Of a stretch of DNA of 64,000 bases, positions 12,781 through 24,410 are shown piece by piece. Numbering within the stretch: position 1 is the first letter of the stretch; the number at the start of each line of letters is the position of its first letter. Source of the DNA: Okamejei kenojei (lineage: Eukaryota); assembly GCA_035221665.1 (NCBI GenBank), contig CM069157.1, positions 29,574,001 to 29,638,000 of the forward strand. The letters are read 5' to 3'. Both the position numbers and the translations under genes were made by a program. The notes beneath the pieces were generated by a model that saw only the letters and a program-made list of their open reading frames with translations, did no database searches and was not told the DNA's origin.

Positions 12781-13109
12781 TAACGGTAACTTTATTCCCA
12801 CTGTCTAACGAATCATTCTCTATCCATCATCACATTACTCCCGTGTGGGAGGGCGACTGACAAGACTGCAGTTGTTCTCGCCTTTAAAAATAAAACTCCT
12901 ATTTCCTTTAACAGGAAAGAAACTGGGTGAACATAAATGATCTATTTCCTCTGGCAGATTGATAACTAGGGGCATATATTTAAACTAATTAATAAAAAGC
13001 TGAGGAGGAGGGTTGATTAAAAAAATAAATGACACTTAGTACTCAGGGTCTGGAACTCTCTGCCTGATAAGATGCCAGAGGCAATGGTGGAGCTTTGCCA
13101 GAGGCAATG

Positions 13110-15870
13110 GCAAGGCTGCTTTATCAAAGGGAGCTGAGGGAATGCTGTGTTCACAGAGACATGGCTCATCCCCAGCTCCCCAGACTCAGCGGTCCAGTCT
13201 GAAGGGTTCTCCATCCACCGCATGGACCTTACACTGGCATCTGGGAAAGGGAGAGGAGGGGGCGTCTGCCTCATGGTCAACTCTGCGTGGTGCTCAGACG
13301 TGGCAGTCCTGTCCAACTCCTGCTCTCCACACCTCGAACATCTGGCGGTGAAGTGCCGTCCCTTCTACCTTCCGAGGGTATTCACCTCCATCATCCTGAC
13401 CTCGGTCTACATCCCATCCCAGGCAGACGTCCGTCTGGCACTGTAGGAGCTGCATGCTGTGTCAACAAACACCAGACGTCTTACCCCGAGGCATTTGCCA
13501 CCATTGCTGGGGACCTCAATAAGGCAAACCTCAAAGAATCACTCCCCAACTTCAACCAACATGTCTCCTGCTGCACCAGGGGACCAAACACCCTCGACCA
13601 CTGCTACACCACCATCAAGAATGCCTACCACTCTATCCCTCGCCCTCACATCGGTAAATCCGACCATACCGCGGTGCTGCTTCTTCCTGCCTACAGGCAG
13701 CAATTAAAGAGCGCACCCCCAGAGGTGAGGACAGTACAGAGCTGGTCGGGGGGGGGGGGGGGGGGGGGGGGGCGGGGAGCAAAGGAACAACTACAGGACT
13801 GTTTGGAGTCTGTAGACTGGGCAATGTTCAAGGACTCGGCAACGGGCTTGAACGAATACGCCACAGTCGTTACAGACTTCATTAAAAAAATGTGTAGAGG
13901 ACTGCATCCCCACAAAAACCTTCCGAGTGTTTCCCAATCAGACACCTTGGATCAACTTTGAGATCCGCACTCTTCGGAAGACCAGACATCGAGCATTCAT
14001 GTCTGATGATACAGTGGTCTACAAGAAGTCCTGATACGACCTTGGTAAGGCCATCAAAAAGGCCAAAAGGGACTTCTGCTCCAAGCTGGAGGATGAGACA
14101 GATGCTCGGCAGCTGTGGCAGGGCCTGAATTCAATCACCTCCTACAAGGCGAAATCAGGAGGCAGCTCGAATGTCGGCGAAACATTACTCCCTGATGAGC
14201 TCAATGCGTTTTTCGCACGCTTTGATAGGGAGAACACCGATGTGCCTTCCCAAGCCCCCATTCGCTGTGATAGCATTTCAGTCTCAGTCACAGAGGGCAA
14301 CGTCAGAAAATCCTTCAGAAGGGTGAACCCTCGAAAAGCGCCTGGACCTGATGGTATACCTGGTCGTGTTCTAAAAACCTATGCGGACCAACTGGCTGGA
14401 GTTTTTACGGACATTTTCAACCTCTCACTTCTGAGGTCTGAGGTTCCCACCTGCTTCAAAAGGGCATCAATTATACTAGTGCCGATGAAGAGCAAGGTGA
14501 CGTGCCTCAATGACTATCGACCTGTGGCACTAACGCCTGTGGTGATGAAGTGCTTCGAGAGGTTGATCATGGTGAAAATCAACTCCTACCTCGACAAAAA
14601 CCTAGACCCACTGCAGTCCGCTTACCGCCACAACAGATCAACGGTGGATGCAATCTCGCTGGCCCTCCACTCCGCTCTGGACCACTTGGACAACAAAAAC
14701 TCATGTCAGGCTGGTATTCATCGATTACAGCTCGGCATTTAATACTATCATCCCCTCCAAGCTGGTTACCAAACTCGTAGAACTGGGTCTCTGCGCATCC
14801 CTCTGCAACTGGATCCTCGACTTCCTCATTCACAGACCACAGTCTGTTTGTATTGGTGGAAATGTGTCAGACTCGATAACAATCAGCATGGGAGCACCTC
14901 AAGGCTGCGTGCTCAGCCCCCTGTTGTACTCACTCTATACTCATGACTGCGTAGCCGGTCATAGTGCAAACTCCATCATCAGGTTCGCTGACGACACCAC
15001 TGTTGTAGGACGTATCACTGATGGGGATGAGTTGGAGTATAGAAGAGAGATCGAGCGACTGTCCATATGGTGCCAGCACAATAACCTGGCCCTCAACACC
15101 AGCAAAACCAAGGAACTGATTATGGACTTTGGAAGGAGTAGGATGGGGACCCACAGTCCCGTTTATATCAACGGTTCGATGGTTGAAAGGGTCAAGAGCT
15201 TCAAATTCCTGGGCGTGCACATCTCTGAAGATCTTTCTTGGTCCGAGAACACTGATGCAATTATCAAGAAAGCACATCAACGCCTTTACTTCCTGAGAAG
15301 ATTACAGAGAGTTGGTCTGTCAAGGAGGACTCTCTCTAACTTCTACAGGTGCACAGTAGAGAGCATGCTGACCGGTTGCATCGAGGCTTGTTTCGACAAC
15401 TTGAGCGCCCTGGAGAGGAAAAGACTACAAAAAGTAGTAAGCACTGGCCAGTCCATCATCGGCTCTGACCTTCCTTCCATCGAGGGGATTTATCGCAGTC
15501 GCTGCCTCAAAAAGGCTGGCAGTATCATTAAGAACCCACACCATCCTGGCCACACACTCATCTCCCTGCTACCTTCAGGTAGAAGGTACAGGAGCCTGAA
15601 GACTGCAATGACCAGGTTCAGGAATAGCTACTTCCCCACAGCCATCAGGCTATTTAACCTAGCTCAGACAAAACTCTGAACATTAATAACCCTTTCTGTT
15701 ATTTGCACTTTATCAGTTTATTTATTCATGTTTGTATATATTTATAGAACGGTATATGGACACACTGATCTGTTTTGTAGTAAATGCCTACTATGTTCTG
15801 TTGTGCTGAAGCAAAGCAAGAATTTCATTGTCCTATCAGGGACATGACAATAAACTCACTTGAACTTGAG
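13110..15870 (+). mobile_element. Rex1/Babar-like non-LTR retrotransposon, 5'-truncated and frameshifted (APE endonuclease + RT)
   Basis: APE motifs FTETWL, GGGVCL, AGDLN, TLDHCY, SDH. RT motifs [36 protein letters not shown]. Contains in-frame stops and frameshifts; 3' end aataaactcacttgaacttga. Inserted into an older CR1 remnant (about 12900-13090 and 15870-16020). Confidence 0.9.
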
Positions 15871-16434
15871 CGACACATTTTGAAAAGGTACCTGGTTGAA
15901 CACCTGTGAGGACCTCAACCTACACATCTATGACCAGAGAGCTGGTAAACGGGAGCAACCCAATAGTTCAATTTTTGGCCAGCATCAACACAGTGGGACA
16001 AATGGCCACTCCAGTGTGACAAGGTTTTTATGAAAATATTGTTACTCACAGTCACTCACTTATTTTCTGGTCCTGACTTTGTATGGGGTTATCTTGGAGT
16101 GACTAAGTGTAAAAGGCCTGTTTGGAATTTGACAGAATTCACAGTTCAAAGACAAATGAGGCATGGCTTTTTATAAGGGTAGAGGAAAACAGGAATCAAA
16201 TGTTCTTTTCTCGCCAAGATGACACATCTCTTGCTGACCATGTGAAAGCACAGTGTCAGTTACGGTTACAGCAACAGATGGGCAAGAGAAGTGCTCAAGA
16301 GGAACTTTGATCCAAAGATTAAAGTATGTGATGGTGATGGCGACGTAAAGAAGGAACGGGAAGTCTGAAGCTTGATAGGCTTGAGTGTGGGGGAGGCAGG
16401 TATGAAGCAATGCTTTACTGAACGGCAGACCTAC

Positions 16435-16554
16435 CACGTAGCGATGATGGAGCTCAATGAATCCAACACTTCAGTTGCTGTCAGCCTTTGCTGTGGATCC
16501 AGAAGTAACAACTTCTGAATCAAACAAACTGTGTTTTCTGATACACGGCAGTCT
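16435..16554 (-). CDS. STK40: STK40 coding exon 8
   Basis: (E)DCRVSENTVCLIQKLLLLDPQQRLTATEVLDSLSSIIAT(W); acceptor ctttgacag, donor GTAGGT; 120 nt. Confidence 0.96.
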
Positions 16555-17364
16555 CTGTCAAAGAGGAAAGATATAAAATAATTAATATTGCTGAACGGCA
16601 CCTTTACAAAAACACTCTGAGCCTACAACATTATGCCAGCTGCACAATAAAAGTCTTGAATCTATTTGACACAAAGCTATGTAAACCATGAGTCATATAG
16701 CAGCACACCCAATACCTTAGGCATAACACAAGCAACGAAACCAGTGAGTAATGCTCACATAAAATCCACCTCCCAAAATAAAACTAATCCGACAGATCTG
16801 AGCTGCAGCAACACTCAAAAACAAACACTGGCGAGATCAATGTTATATTGTTAATGGAAACTAATTCTCCAACGAAAAATGTTATTCTTTGCAAAGCAAT
16901 TTATGCAATATGAACAGGGCTGAAAAGGAAGCTTTGGACAACTTTGAAATTCTGTTAAATGTACCACAGCATCAAACACTCGTTTAAAACATTGAGGGAG
17001 TTTAAAACATACTCAACTGAATATAGATTGGTGACATTTTGGATGGGGACAGTTTTTCAGGCTTATGGGGGGAGGGGGGTTTGGAGGGGAGAGCAAAAAA
17101 AAAAGCTGGAAGAGATGAGGGGCAGGACAAAGCACGGCAGGTAATAGGTGAACACAGACGAGGACCATCAGAGCTCTCCAGATACAGAATCCAAAGATTC
17201 ACCACCCTTTCAGTGAAGACATTTATCCTCATCTCAGTTCTAAATGGGAAATCCCTTAATCACTAGCCCAAAACCCCAAGGTTAGGGATACATCCTCCAC
17301 CCACTTTTCTCAAGATGTGCAAGAACTTTGTAGGTTTCAAGAAGATCACCTAAACGCATGCAAA

Positions 17365-17540
17365 AAAAGGCCACAAAGGGCTGGAGCACCTCAGCAGGCC
17401 AGGAAACATCTCTAGGGAACATGGATAGGTGACGTTTCGGGTCTGAGGAAGGGTCAGCTGATCTATGTTCTCCATATCTATGTGACCCGCTGAGTTCCTC
17501 CTGCACTGACGTTTGGAAAAGCAGCATCTGCAGTTCCTTG
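17365..17540. mobile_element. Penelope-derived short element with inverted halves
   Basis: gctggagcacctcagcagg...ggtgacgtttcgggtc followed by tgacccgctgagttcctcc...gcatctgcagttcct. Confidence 0.65.
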
Positions 17541-17545
17541 CATAA

Positions 17546-18365
17546 GTGGGCGGCGCGACCCACGTCGCAGCAGCCTCTGCAGTCCGTCTGTCTTTTTTTA
17601 TTTTTATTGTCTCGTTTGAGTGTAGTTATAGTGTTTTTTTTAAACTGGGTATGTGTGGGGGGGTGGGGAAACTTGAAAAAATATTTTCCCTGTACGGAGG
17701 ACCCGACCTTTTCTCTGCCGGGTCTCTGTTGTCGTTGGGGCCTAGAACCGTGGAGCGGCCTCCAACCGGAACGACCTGGGGCTCCAGTTGTGGAGCCTGC
17801 GGACTACTTACTGGCCAAGTTCGGAACGGGAGGAGCTGTGGTGGCGCGCTACTGCGTCCCGACCCTGGAGATTCGGAGGCTCCAGCCGCCGGCCCAGTGG
17901 ACGGTGACATCGGGAGATCGTGGGTCCCTGGTGGGATACCGCTTTTCGGAGCATCCGCAACGGCAACTTCCCCCGCCCGAGTTGCGGGGTTGAAGATGAC
18001 CTGGAGCGGGGTCTTACATCGCCCGGCGCGGCTTTAATGGCCGCGGGACTTGCTAGCGCTAGCCGGGGGGCTCCAACATCAAAACCTGGAGTGCGGCATT
18101 GCATCACCCGGCTCGGCTTTAATAGCCGCACGACTTATTTACCATCGCCCGCCGGGGGGCTTTGACTTTGACATCGGGAGGAGAATGGGGAGAGCAGGGG
18201 AGAGATAAGACTTTGCCTTCCATCACAGTGAGGAGGAGATTCGCTGTGATGGATGTTTGTGTCAATTGTCTTGTGTCTTGGTTCTTTTTATTGTTTGTAT
18301 GACTGCAGAAAACAAATTTCATTTGAACTTCAATGAGGTTCGAATGACAACAAATACATTTCCAA
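17546..18365 (+). mobile_element. GC/CpG-rich non-autonomous retroelement related to 12045-12780
   Basis: Same order of parts: GC-rich head, T-rich tract, G-run, CpG-rich body, ccttccatcaca..tga hairpin, gtatgact...aaatt tail. Confidence 0.65.
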
Positions 18366-18369
18366 ATCA

Positions 18370-19505
18370 TTAATATATATTGTAATAGCTGGGGTCTGAG
18401 CCTTGCGGTACCCCACTAGTCACTGCCTGCCATTCTGAAAAGGACCCGTTTACTCCTACCCTTTGCTTCCTGTTTGCCAGCCAGTTCTCTATCCACATCA
18501 ATACTGAACCCCCAATACCGTGTGCTTTAAGAGATTAGTATACAAACTTAAAGCACACGGTATTGGGGGGGTTCAGTATGACACTAAGCTGGGGGGTAGT
18601 GTTAGGTGTGAGGAAGATGCTAGGAGGCTGCAAGGTGACGGATAGGCTAGGTAAGTGGGCAAATGCATGGCAGATGCAGTATAATGTGGATAAATGTGAG
18701 GTTATCCACTTTGGTGGCAAAAATAGGAGGGTAGGTTATCTTAATGGTGGCAAATTAGGAAAAGGGGAGAGGCAACGAGAACTGGGTGTCATGGTACATC
18801 AATCATTGAAAGTAAGCATGCAGGTGCAGCAGGCAGTGAAGAAAGCAAATGGTATGTTAGCATTCAAAGCAAAAGGATTTGAGTATAGGAGCAGGGAGGT
18901 TCTACTGCAGTTGTACAGGGTTTTGGTGAGACCACACCTGGAGTATTGCGTACAGTTTTGGTCTTCAAATCTGAGAAAATACATTCTTACCATAGAGGGG
19001 GTACAGAGAAGGTTCACCAGACTGATTCCTGGGATGCCAGCACTTTCATTTGAGAAAAGACTGGATAGACTTGGCTTGTACTCGCTAGAATTTAGAAGAC
19101 TGAGGGGGGATCTTATAGAAACTTACAAAATTCTTAAGGGGTTGGATAGGCTAGATGCAGGAAGATTGTTTCCGATGTTGGGGAGGTCCATAACAAGGGC
19201 TCACAGTCTAAGGATAAGGGGGAATTCCTTTAGGACCGAGATGAGGAAAACATTTTTCACATAGAGAGTGGTGAGTCTCTGGAATTATCTGCCACAGAAG
19301 GTAGTTGAGGCCAGTTCATTGGCTATATTTAAGAGGGAGTTAGATGTGGCCCTTGTGGCTAAAGGGATCAGGGGGTATGGAGAAAAGGATACCGAGTTGG
19401 ATGATCAGCCATGATCATATTGAATGGCGGTGCAGGTTCGAAGGGCCGAATGACCTACTCCTGCACCTATTTTCTATGTTTCTATGTATTGTATTGTATT
19501 GTACT
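18370..19505 (+). mobile_element. CR1 LINE 3' portion with an inverted 5' segment
   Basis: Minus-strand ORF-track label notwithstanding, the ORF at 18563..19264 (+) reads WQMQYNVDKCEVIHFG...LVRPHLEYCVQFW...LRGDLIETYKILKG, the CR1 RT C-terminus. Tail is (tttctatg)2(tattg)n. Bases 18370-18531 are CR1 sequence in minus orientation. Confidence 0.9.
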
Positions 19506-20429
19506 CTAGAAAATGGAGCTTAGCATATTTCTCCTTATATCATTGATCTCCCATCCCCAAAACAAATCTGGTTAGTTTTGTTGCACTCCCTCAAAAGTAA
19601 ATACATGCTTGATTGGATGAGACTACTCAGACTGTGCTCTCAGTAAGACTATTCCAGCTATGATCCCAGTAAGGTTCCATACAACAATAGTGCAATATCT
19701 TCACTGTTGTGCTCAAATCCTCTTGCAATAAAGCCCATGCATCACATGCATGTGGCATCAGCCTGCAAGCTTTCAGTGATTTATTAGAGGAACATCCAGA
19801 CCTCTTTGAACATCAACATTCTCCAATTTATTAACATTTAAAAATTACTTTGTGTTCTGTTTCTACTAGTGGATAATATCCTATTGATCCACATGGGACT
19901 CCATTTATCCACTCACTCAGTTCAGCTTTTTGTCCTTCACAGCAAAATTATAAATAATTAGAGATCAAAGTACCTATCCTTATGATATCACATTGTCACA
20001 GGCTGCCAATCCGGGAAAGACCTATTTACTCCTAGTTTTATTTAACCTGTTGACCAACTCTTGGTCCACTTAAGCAAACTACTCCCAGTTTCATATGCTT
20101 TAACTTTGATCCTCACCCCTTCTCCTGTTTTTGAAGGAAACGGGGCTTATTCCAGTGCCCTGCTTGCCTGCCTGCCCTGAGCCACATTGCCTGTGGCAGC
20201 AGACCCACTCGAGTAGTCTTTTGTTGGGAGCCCATTAGTACAGCACAGTTGACTGTGATAGGACTGATGTCTCGACACAGGAGCCTCACTAGACTCTCTA
20301 GATTTACCAGCAATCAAAGCTGCCAATGTGGCCAGAGCTATTCAACTTATGTAACATTTGAGTAACACCGGGAAAGTCTTGTTTTAAAAAATATTTTCAA
20401 ATAGTATAAAAAATACCCATGTATACAAT

Positions 20430-20900
20430 TTAAAATATAGAACATAGAACATCACAGCCCCTCACCCCCAAGATTTGTGCCGAAAATGATGCCTGGTTAC
20501 ACTGATCTTATCTGCCTGTACTTGATCCATATCCCTCTATTCCTTGCACATCCGCGTTCCTATCCAAAAGCCTCAAATGCCACTATCGTATCTGCCGCCA
20601 TCATCACCGCTGGCAATGTGTTCCAGGCCCCCACTACTTTGTAAACAAAAAAAACTAGCCCCGCACATCTGCATTAAACATTCCCCCTCTCACGTTATAG
20701 CTATGTCCTCTAATGTTGGACATTTCCACCGGGAATATGGTTCACTGTCTACGACTCATAGTTTTATATACCGGTACTTCCATCAAGTCTCCCCTCTACC
20801 TCTCTTGCTCCAGAAAAAACCCAATAAATTCCACCTAAAACAAATGTCTATCCAATCTCTTCTTGCAGTTGAGACCCTCTAACCAAGGCAGCATTCCGGT
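20430..20900 (-). mobile_element. Decayed CR1 3' fragment
   Basis: atagaacatagaac tail and ccatatccctctattcc...tatccaaaagcctc, typical of reverse-oriented CR1 3' ends seen elsewhere in this window. Confidence 0.6.
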
Positions 20901-21249
20901 AAAAACATCAAAACTATAAATTAAATAACTTTTCCTCACAGCAGCCAACTGCTCACATTTATTTGAAGGGGACTGCGGCACTTGCACCCTGACCTGCCAC
21001 ACACACAGTTGGCAGGTTCCTCAACATGGGAGCTGGCAGCCTGTGGAAGATCACCCACAGGAGCAGCTAGCAAAGTATGGGCAAAGGATGCCATTGTCAC
21101 CATGGAAGTGGCCATCACTGGTAATGGAAAGTGGGAATTCTGTGGCAATACACGGATGAAGTTCCAATACAAGGGCTGGCATGCAGTGTCTCTGGCGTAA
21201 ATTATTTGCCATCCTTCTGGAGCAGACATGCCATCCTTCTAAACAGAGG

Positions 21250-21420
21250 TGCGAAGGAATGGGCGACGTTTCGGGTCGAGTCCCTTCTTCAGTCTGAAGA
21301 AGGTTCTCAACTCGAAACGTCACCCATTCCTTCACTCCATAGATGCTGCCTCACCCGCTGAGTTTCTCCAGCATTGTTGTCTACCTTCTATTGTTCCAGC
21401 ATCTGCAGTTCCTTTTTTAA
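21250..21420. mobile_element. Penelope-derived short element with back-to-back hammerhead motifs
   Basis: An 81-bp imperfect palindrome (21253-21333) centred on 21293; each arm carries CTGAAGA..GAAACGTC. Confidence 0.8.
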
Positions 21421-22489
21421 AAACATTATGGTAGTTAATCACTCCCAACCATTACTTCTAAAAAATATTGGTATTTTTATCTTTAATAATGGAAGCAGAT
21501 TTTAAATTTAAGCAGCTTTCTTCGTATTTGACTTCATGTATGTTAGTTTCAAAGCTGAATCATAAACAGAAAGCTGACAATGACTGCTCGAGAGCCCCGC
21601 ACATGTGAGCCGCCAATTCACCAGGACAAGCTGCAGTCAGCAACTCAACTCTCAGATAATGCAGCAACTTTGCTCACTTCAACTCCCTCATAATGGCATG
21701 TTCAGCAAAAATCCCCACTACATTATAAATCAACATTCCACCTCATTAAAATATTCAAACCATGAGTATGTTTAATAAAAACAAACATTGAAAAGGGAAG
21801 AGTCCAAATGCTCTGTTCTTGCAAACGATGCTGACTCAGTGGTTGATCAATGGAATGAACAATGCACGAGCTGGACACACAATAAGTAAAATGACAATGG
21901 GCTGAATCACAAGATCAAGGAACTTTAGTGGACATGCAACTGAGTAATTTTCAAATGCAACAAAGTACAAACCAATCTCGTACTGAAATCACAGATTCTC
22001 TGTTCAGACTGTGCCTGAAATACTACACCCAGTTTTGGACAATAATGTATTTCAATTCTGGATATGTTACGACAGTTCTCCAGCTCAACCAAACTCTCAC
22101 ATCTTGGTTTGATATCCACAAAAAGAATCACCTCTCATGTCCTCAACTTTGCTTTCAAGTCCAAGGTACAAAAACTCGAACCGTTGTGGCAAACAGCCAG
22201 TTTACTCATTCACCACCTGTTCTGCCGCCATATTGTTCCAATTGTGTCCCACATTCCAAAGAGGTGCTGCTTGGTTGGTTAACTGGCACTGTAAATTAGC
22301 GCCAAGCGAGATGGGTGGCAGAACAGTGGGAGGTGAGAGAAAGTAAGTGACAGGAAAAGAAGTGAGCGAGTAAGAAAGATGCAATTGCTCACAGCTGTAA
22401 TAGACTCGAAGGGCTGTGGCCTTCAATGTCATATGGAAATGTGAAATGAGAAAACTCCCTCTCCAAAATATTTGAGCACACACATCAGC

Positions 22490-22765
22490 TGAGGTTGAAT
22501 TGCTGCCTTACAGCGCCAGAGACCCGGGCTCGATTCTGACCAGGGGTGCTGTCTGTATGGAGTTTGTACCTTCTCCCCATGAGCACGTGGGCTTTCTCCG
22601 AGATCTTCGGTTTTCTCCCACACTCCAAAGACGTACAGGTATGTAGGTAAATTGGCTTGGAACAAGTGTAAATTGTCCCTAGTACGTGTAGGATACTGTT
22701 AACGTGCGGGGATCACTGGTCAGCGTGGGCTCGGTGGGCCAAAGGGTCTGTATCTCTAAACTAAT
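22490..22765 (+). mobile_element. tRNA-derived SINE (HE1-like)
   Basis: ttgctgccttacagcgccagagacccgggctcgatt ... gtgggccaaaggg..tatctctaaactaa tail. Confidence 0.85.
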
Positions 22766-23626
22766 CCCAAATATGTGCTCATCCCTCCTGGAACTATTAA
22801 TAAAATCAAGTTGCCACCACTGATAAGTCAAAGTCACAAACGGCATACAGTCAAACTGATCGTTAAATCCGTTTTTTCTCCCTTTACACAGAACAGAGAT
22901 AACTTAGCCATTCAGATCAGAGTTTCCCAACTATTTATATCTTTATCAATTTGTAGAGAGAATCAAGAACACTAGCTTCAAAATTACCACTGATGTCATG
23001 AATAATTTAATATTGAGCTCCTTGTATCCATCACACACACACACACTGCAGCTAATTCCATGTGTAAGCCTATGAAACTGAGCAAAGTCTCAGCACCACC
23101 TCCCTCAAAATCCACATCACCCCCACTGACTTCACCCGCCAACTATTTCTGAAATGTAACAATACTCGTCTGACTGCAAGTACCAGATGAGCAGAAATTT
23201 CCTCCTACTGAATAAAGAAGAAAAGATCGACTAAAATTTCCTGCAACTCAATACAGGAAAGTCTAAAAAGCTCCATTGTTTGGAGTTCTGACCACAGACT
23301 ACTTTTCCGAGCCATTGACACAATCCCTCTCCCTAGTAACTGGCAGAGGCGGTGCACTCTGCTGCCAATGCTCCGAGCTCTGGAATTCCTTCCCCAAACT
23401 TCTCTACTATTTCCATTTTAAAAGTCACTAAGCCACTATCAATTTAAGCAAGATTCTGGTCATCTGTCTTAATACTGATCTTCTACTGATATGCAGAGTG
23501 AGCAGACACACCCATAACTGTGCAATTTCAGCACACAGGCTGCAGCCTAACAGAGTGGTGGCCATAGAAGTTCTGTGCTGCCATTCAATCTCCTCATGGC
23601 AAACCTGCACTGATTTCCCAATTCTA

Positions 23627-23957
23627 ATAACACAGTTCCACGGTGCAAGTTCATTCCAAGAGCTCTCCCGAGTTTGCCCTGATTCGAACTGGGGGATTTA
23701 CGGCAATGGCCACTCGTCGGTACTTGGGGCTCTCGTGGACATTTTTCAACATGTTGAAAAATCTTCATGAGTCTTCCCGTGCTTACCTGCCGTTAGCGAG
23801 TCTTCCCGAGTACCTGCCGTTAGCGTTACAAGCCGCTAAGAGACGTCCCCGAGCTCCGACGTACCCGCTACGTTAAATCTCCGTGCTTACCACGAGTTAG
23901 ATTTTTTTTAAACTCGGGAGAGCACTTGAATGAACTCGCACCGAGGGACAGGGCTAT
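23627..23957. mobile_element. MITE with approximately 48-bp terminal inverted repeats
   Basis: Left ATAACACAGTTCCACGGTGCAAGTTCATTCCAAGAGCTCTCCCGAGTTT matches the reverse complement of the right end (ATAGCCCTGTCCCTCGGTGCGAGTTCATTCAAGTGCTCTCCCGAGTTT). TA on both flanks; internal palindrome at 23741-23762; tandem tacctgccgttagcg repeats. Confidence 0.85.
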
Positions 23958-24234
23958 TAGTGTGAGAAACGCACACACTGGACCCTTGACAAGACAACAT
24001 GGCAAAAAATACAGAGTTACATTGAAAGTAATGGGGGGGCGGAAAAAAATTACAAAAAATAAAATAAATCAGCTGCCAGGAACAAAGTGAATGTTTCCAT
24101 CCAATTCAGTTTAAATGTTTAATTGTGGGTGTGTGAGCATGTTTTTCTGCAACCTTTTTGATAGATCCAGAGTCAACGAGATTTGTAAACGTATTTAAAA
24201 GATTGATATAGCACTGCACAACTGGAATCTTGAG

Positions 24235-24410
24235 TAAAACAAAGTGCTGGAATAACTTGCGGGTCAGGTAGCTGGAGGAAATGGATCAACACCCCTCTCC
24301 CACCCCTACCCTCCTTTGGAGGAGGGCCCCGACCCGACATGCTGCGTTTCCTGTTCCCTCCAGAGATGCTGTCTGAGTCGCGGAGTTACTCCAGCACTCT
24401 GTTTATTTAA
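24235..24410. mobile_element. Penelope-derived short element with inverted halves, decayed
   Basis: aagtgctggaataact... / ...gagatgctgtctgagtcgcggagttactccagcact. Confidence 0.6.

Noticed and set aside
14648-15679. Longest ORF (343 aa) as a host gene
   Set aside because: It is the RT C-terminal half of a frameshifted Rex1/Babar-like LINE, and decayed copies of the same sequence occur at 33595, 37950 and 50671.
17538-18165. Overlapping long ORFs and CpG-island-like composition suggesting a promoter or nested gene (also 12060-12647)
   Set aside because: The ORFs reflect stop-poor GC-rich sequence and resemble no protein I recognise. The two regions share a repeat-like architecture and 3' tail.
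18563-19264. 233-aa ORF, and the 197-aa ORF at 35643-36236, as novel genes
   Set aside because: Both are CR1 ORF2 fragments with truncations and no splice structure.
22490-22560. tRNA genes at SINE heads
   Set aside because: A and B boxes are present, but there is no complete cloverleaf and each continues into the SINE body and tail.
23765-23830. Short direct repeats resembling a CRISPR-like array
   Set aside because: Only two units, with no unique spacers, inside a MITE in a eukaryotic intron.
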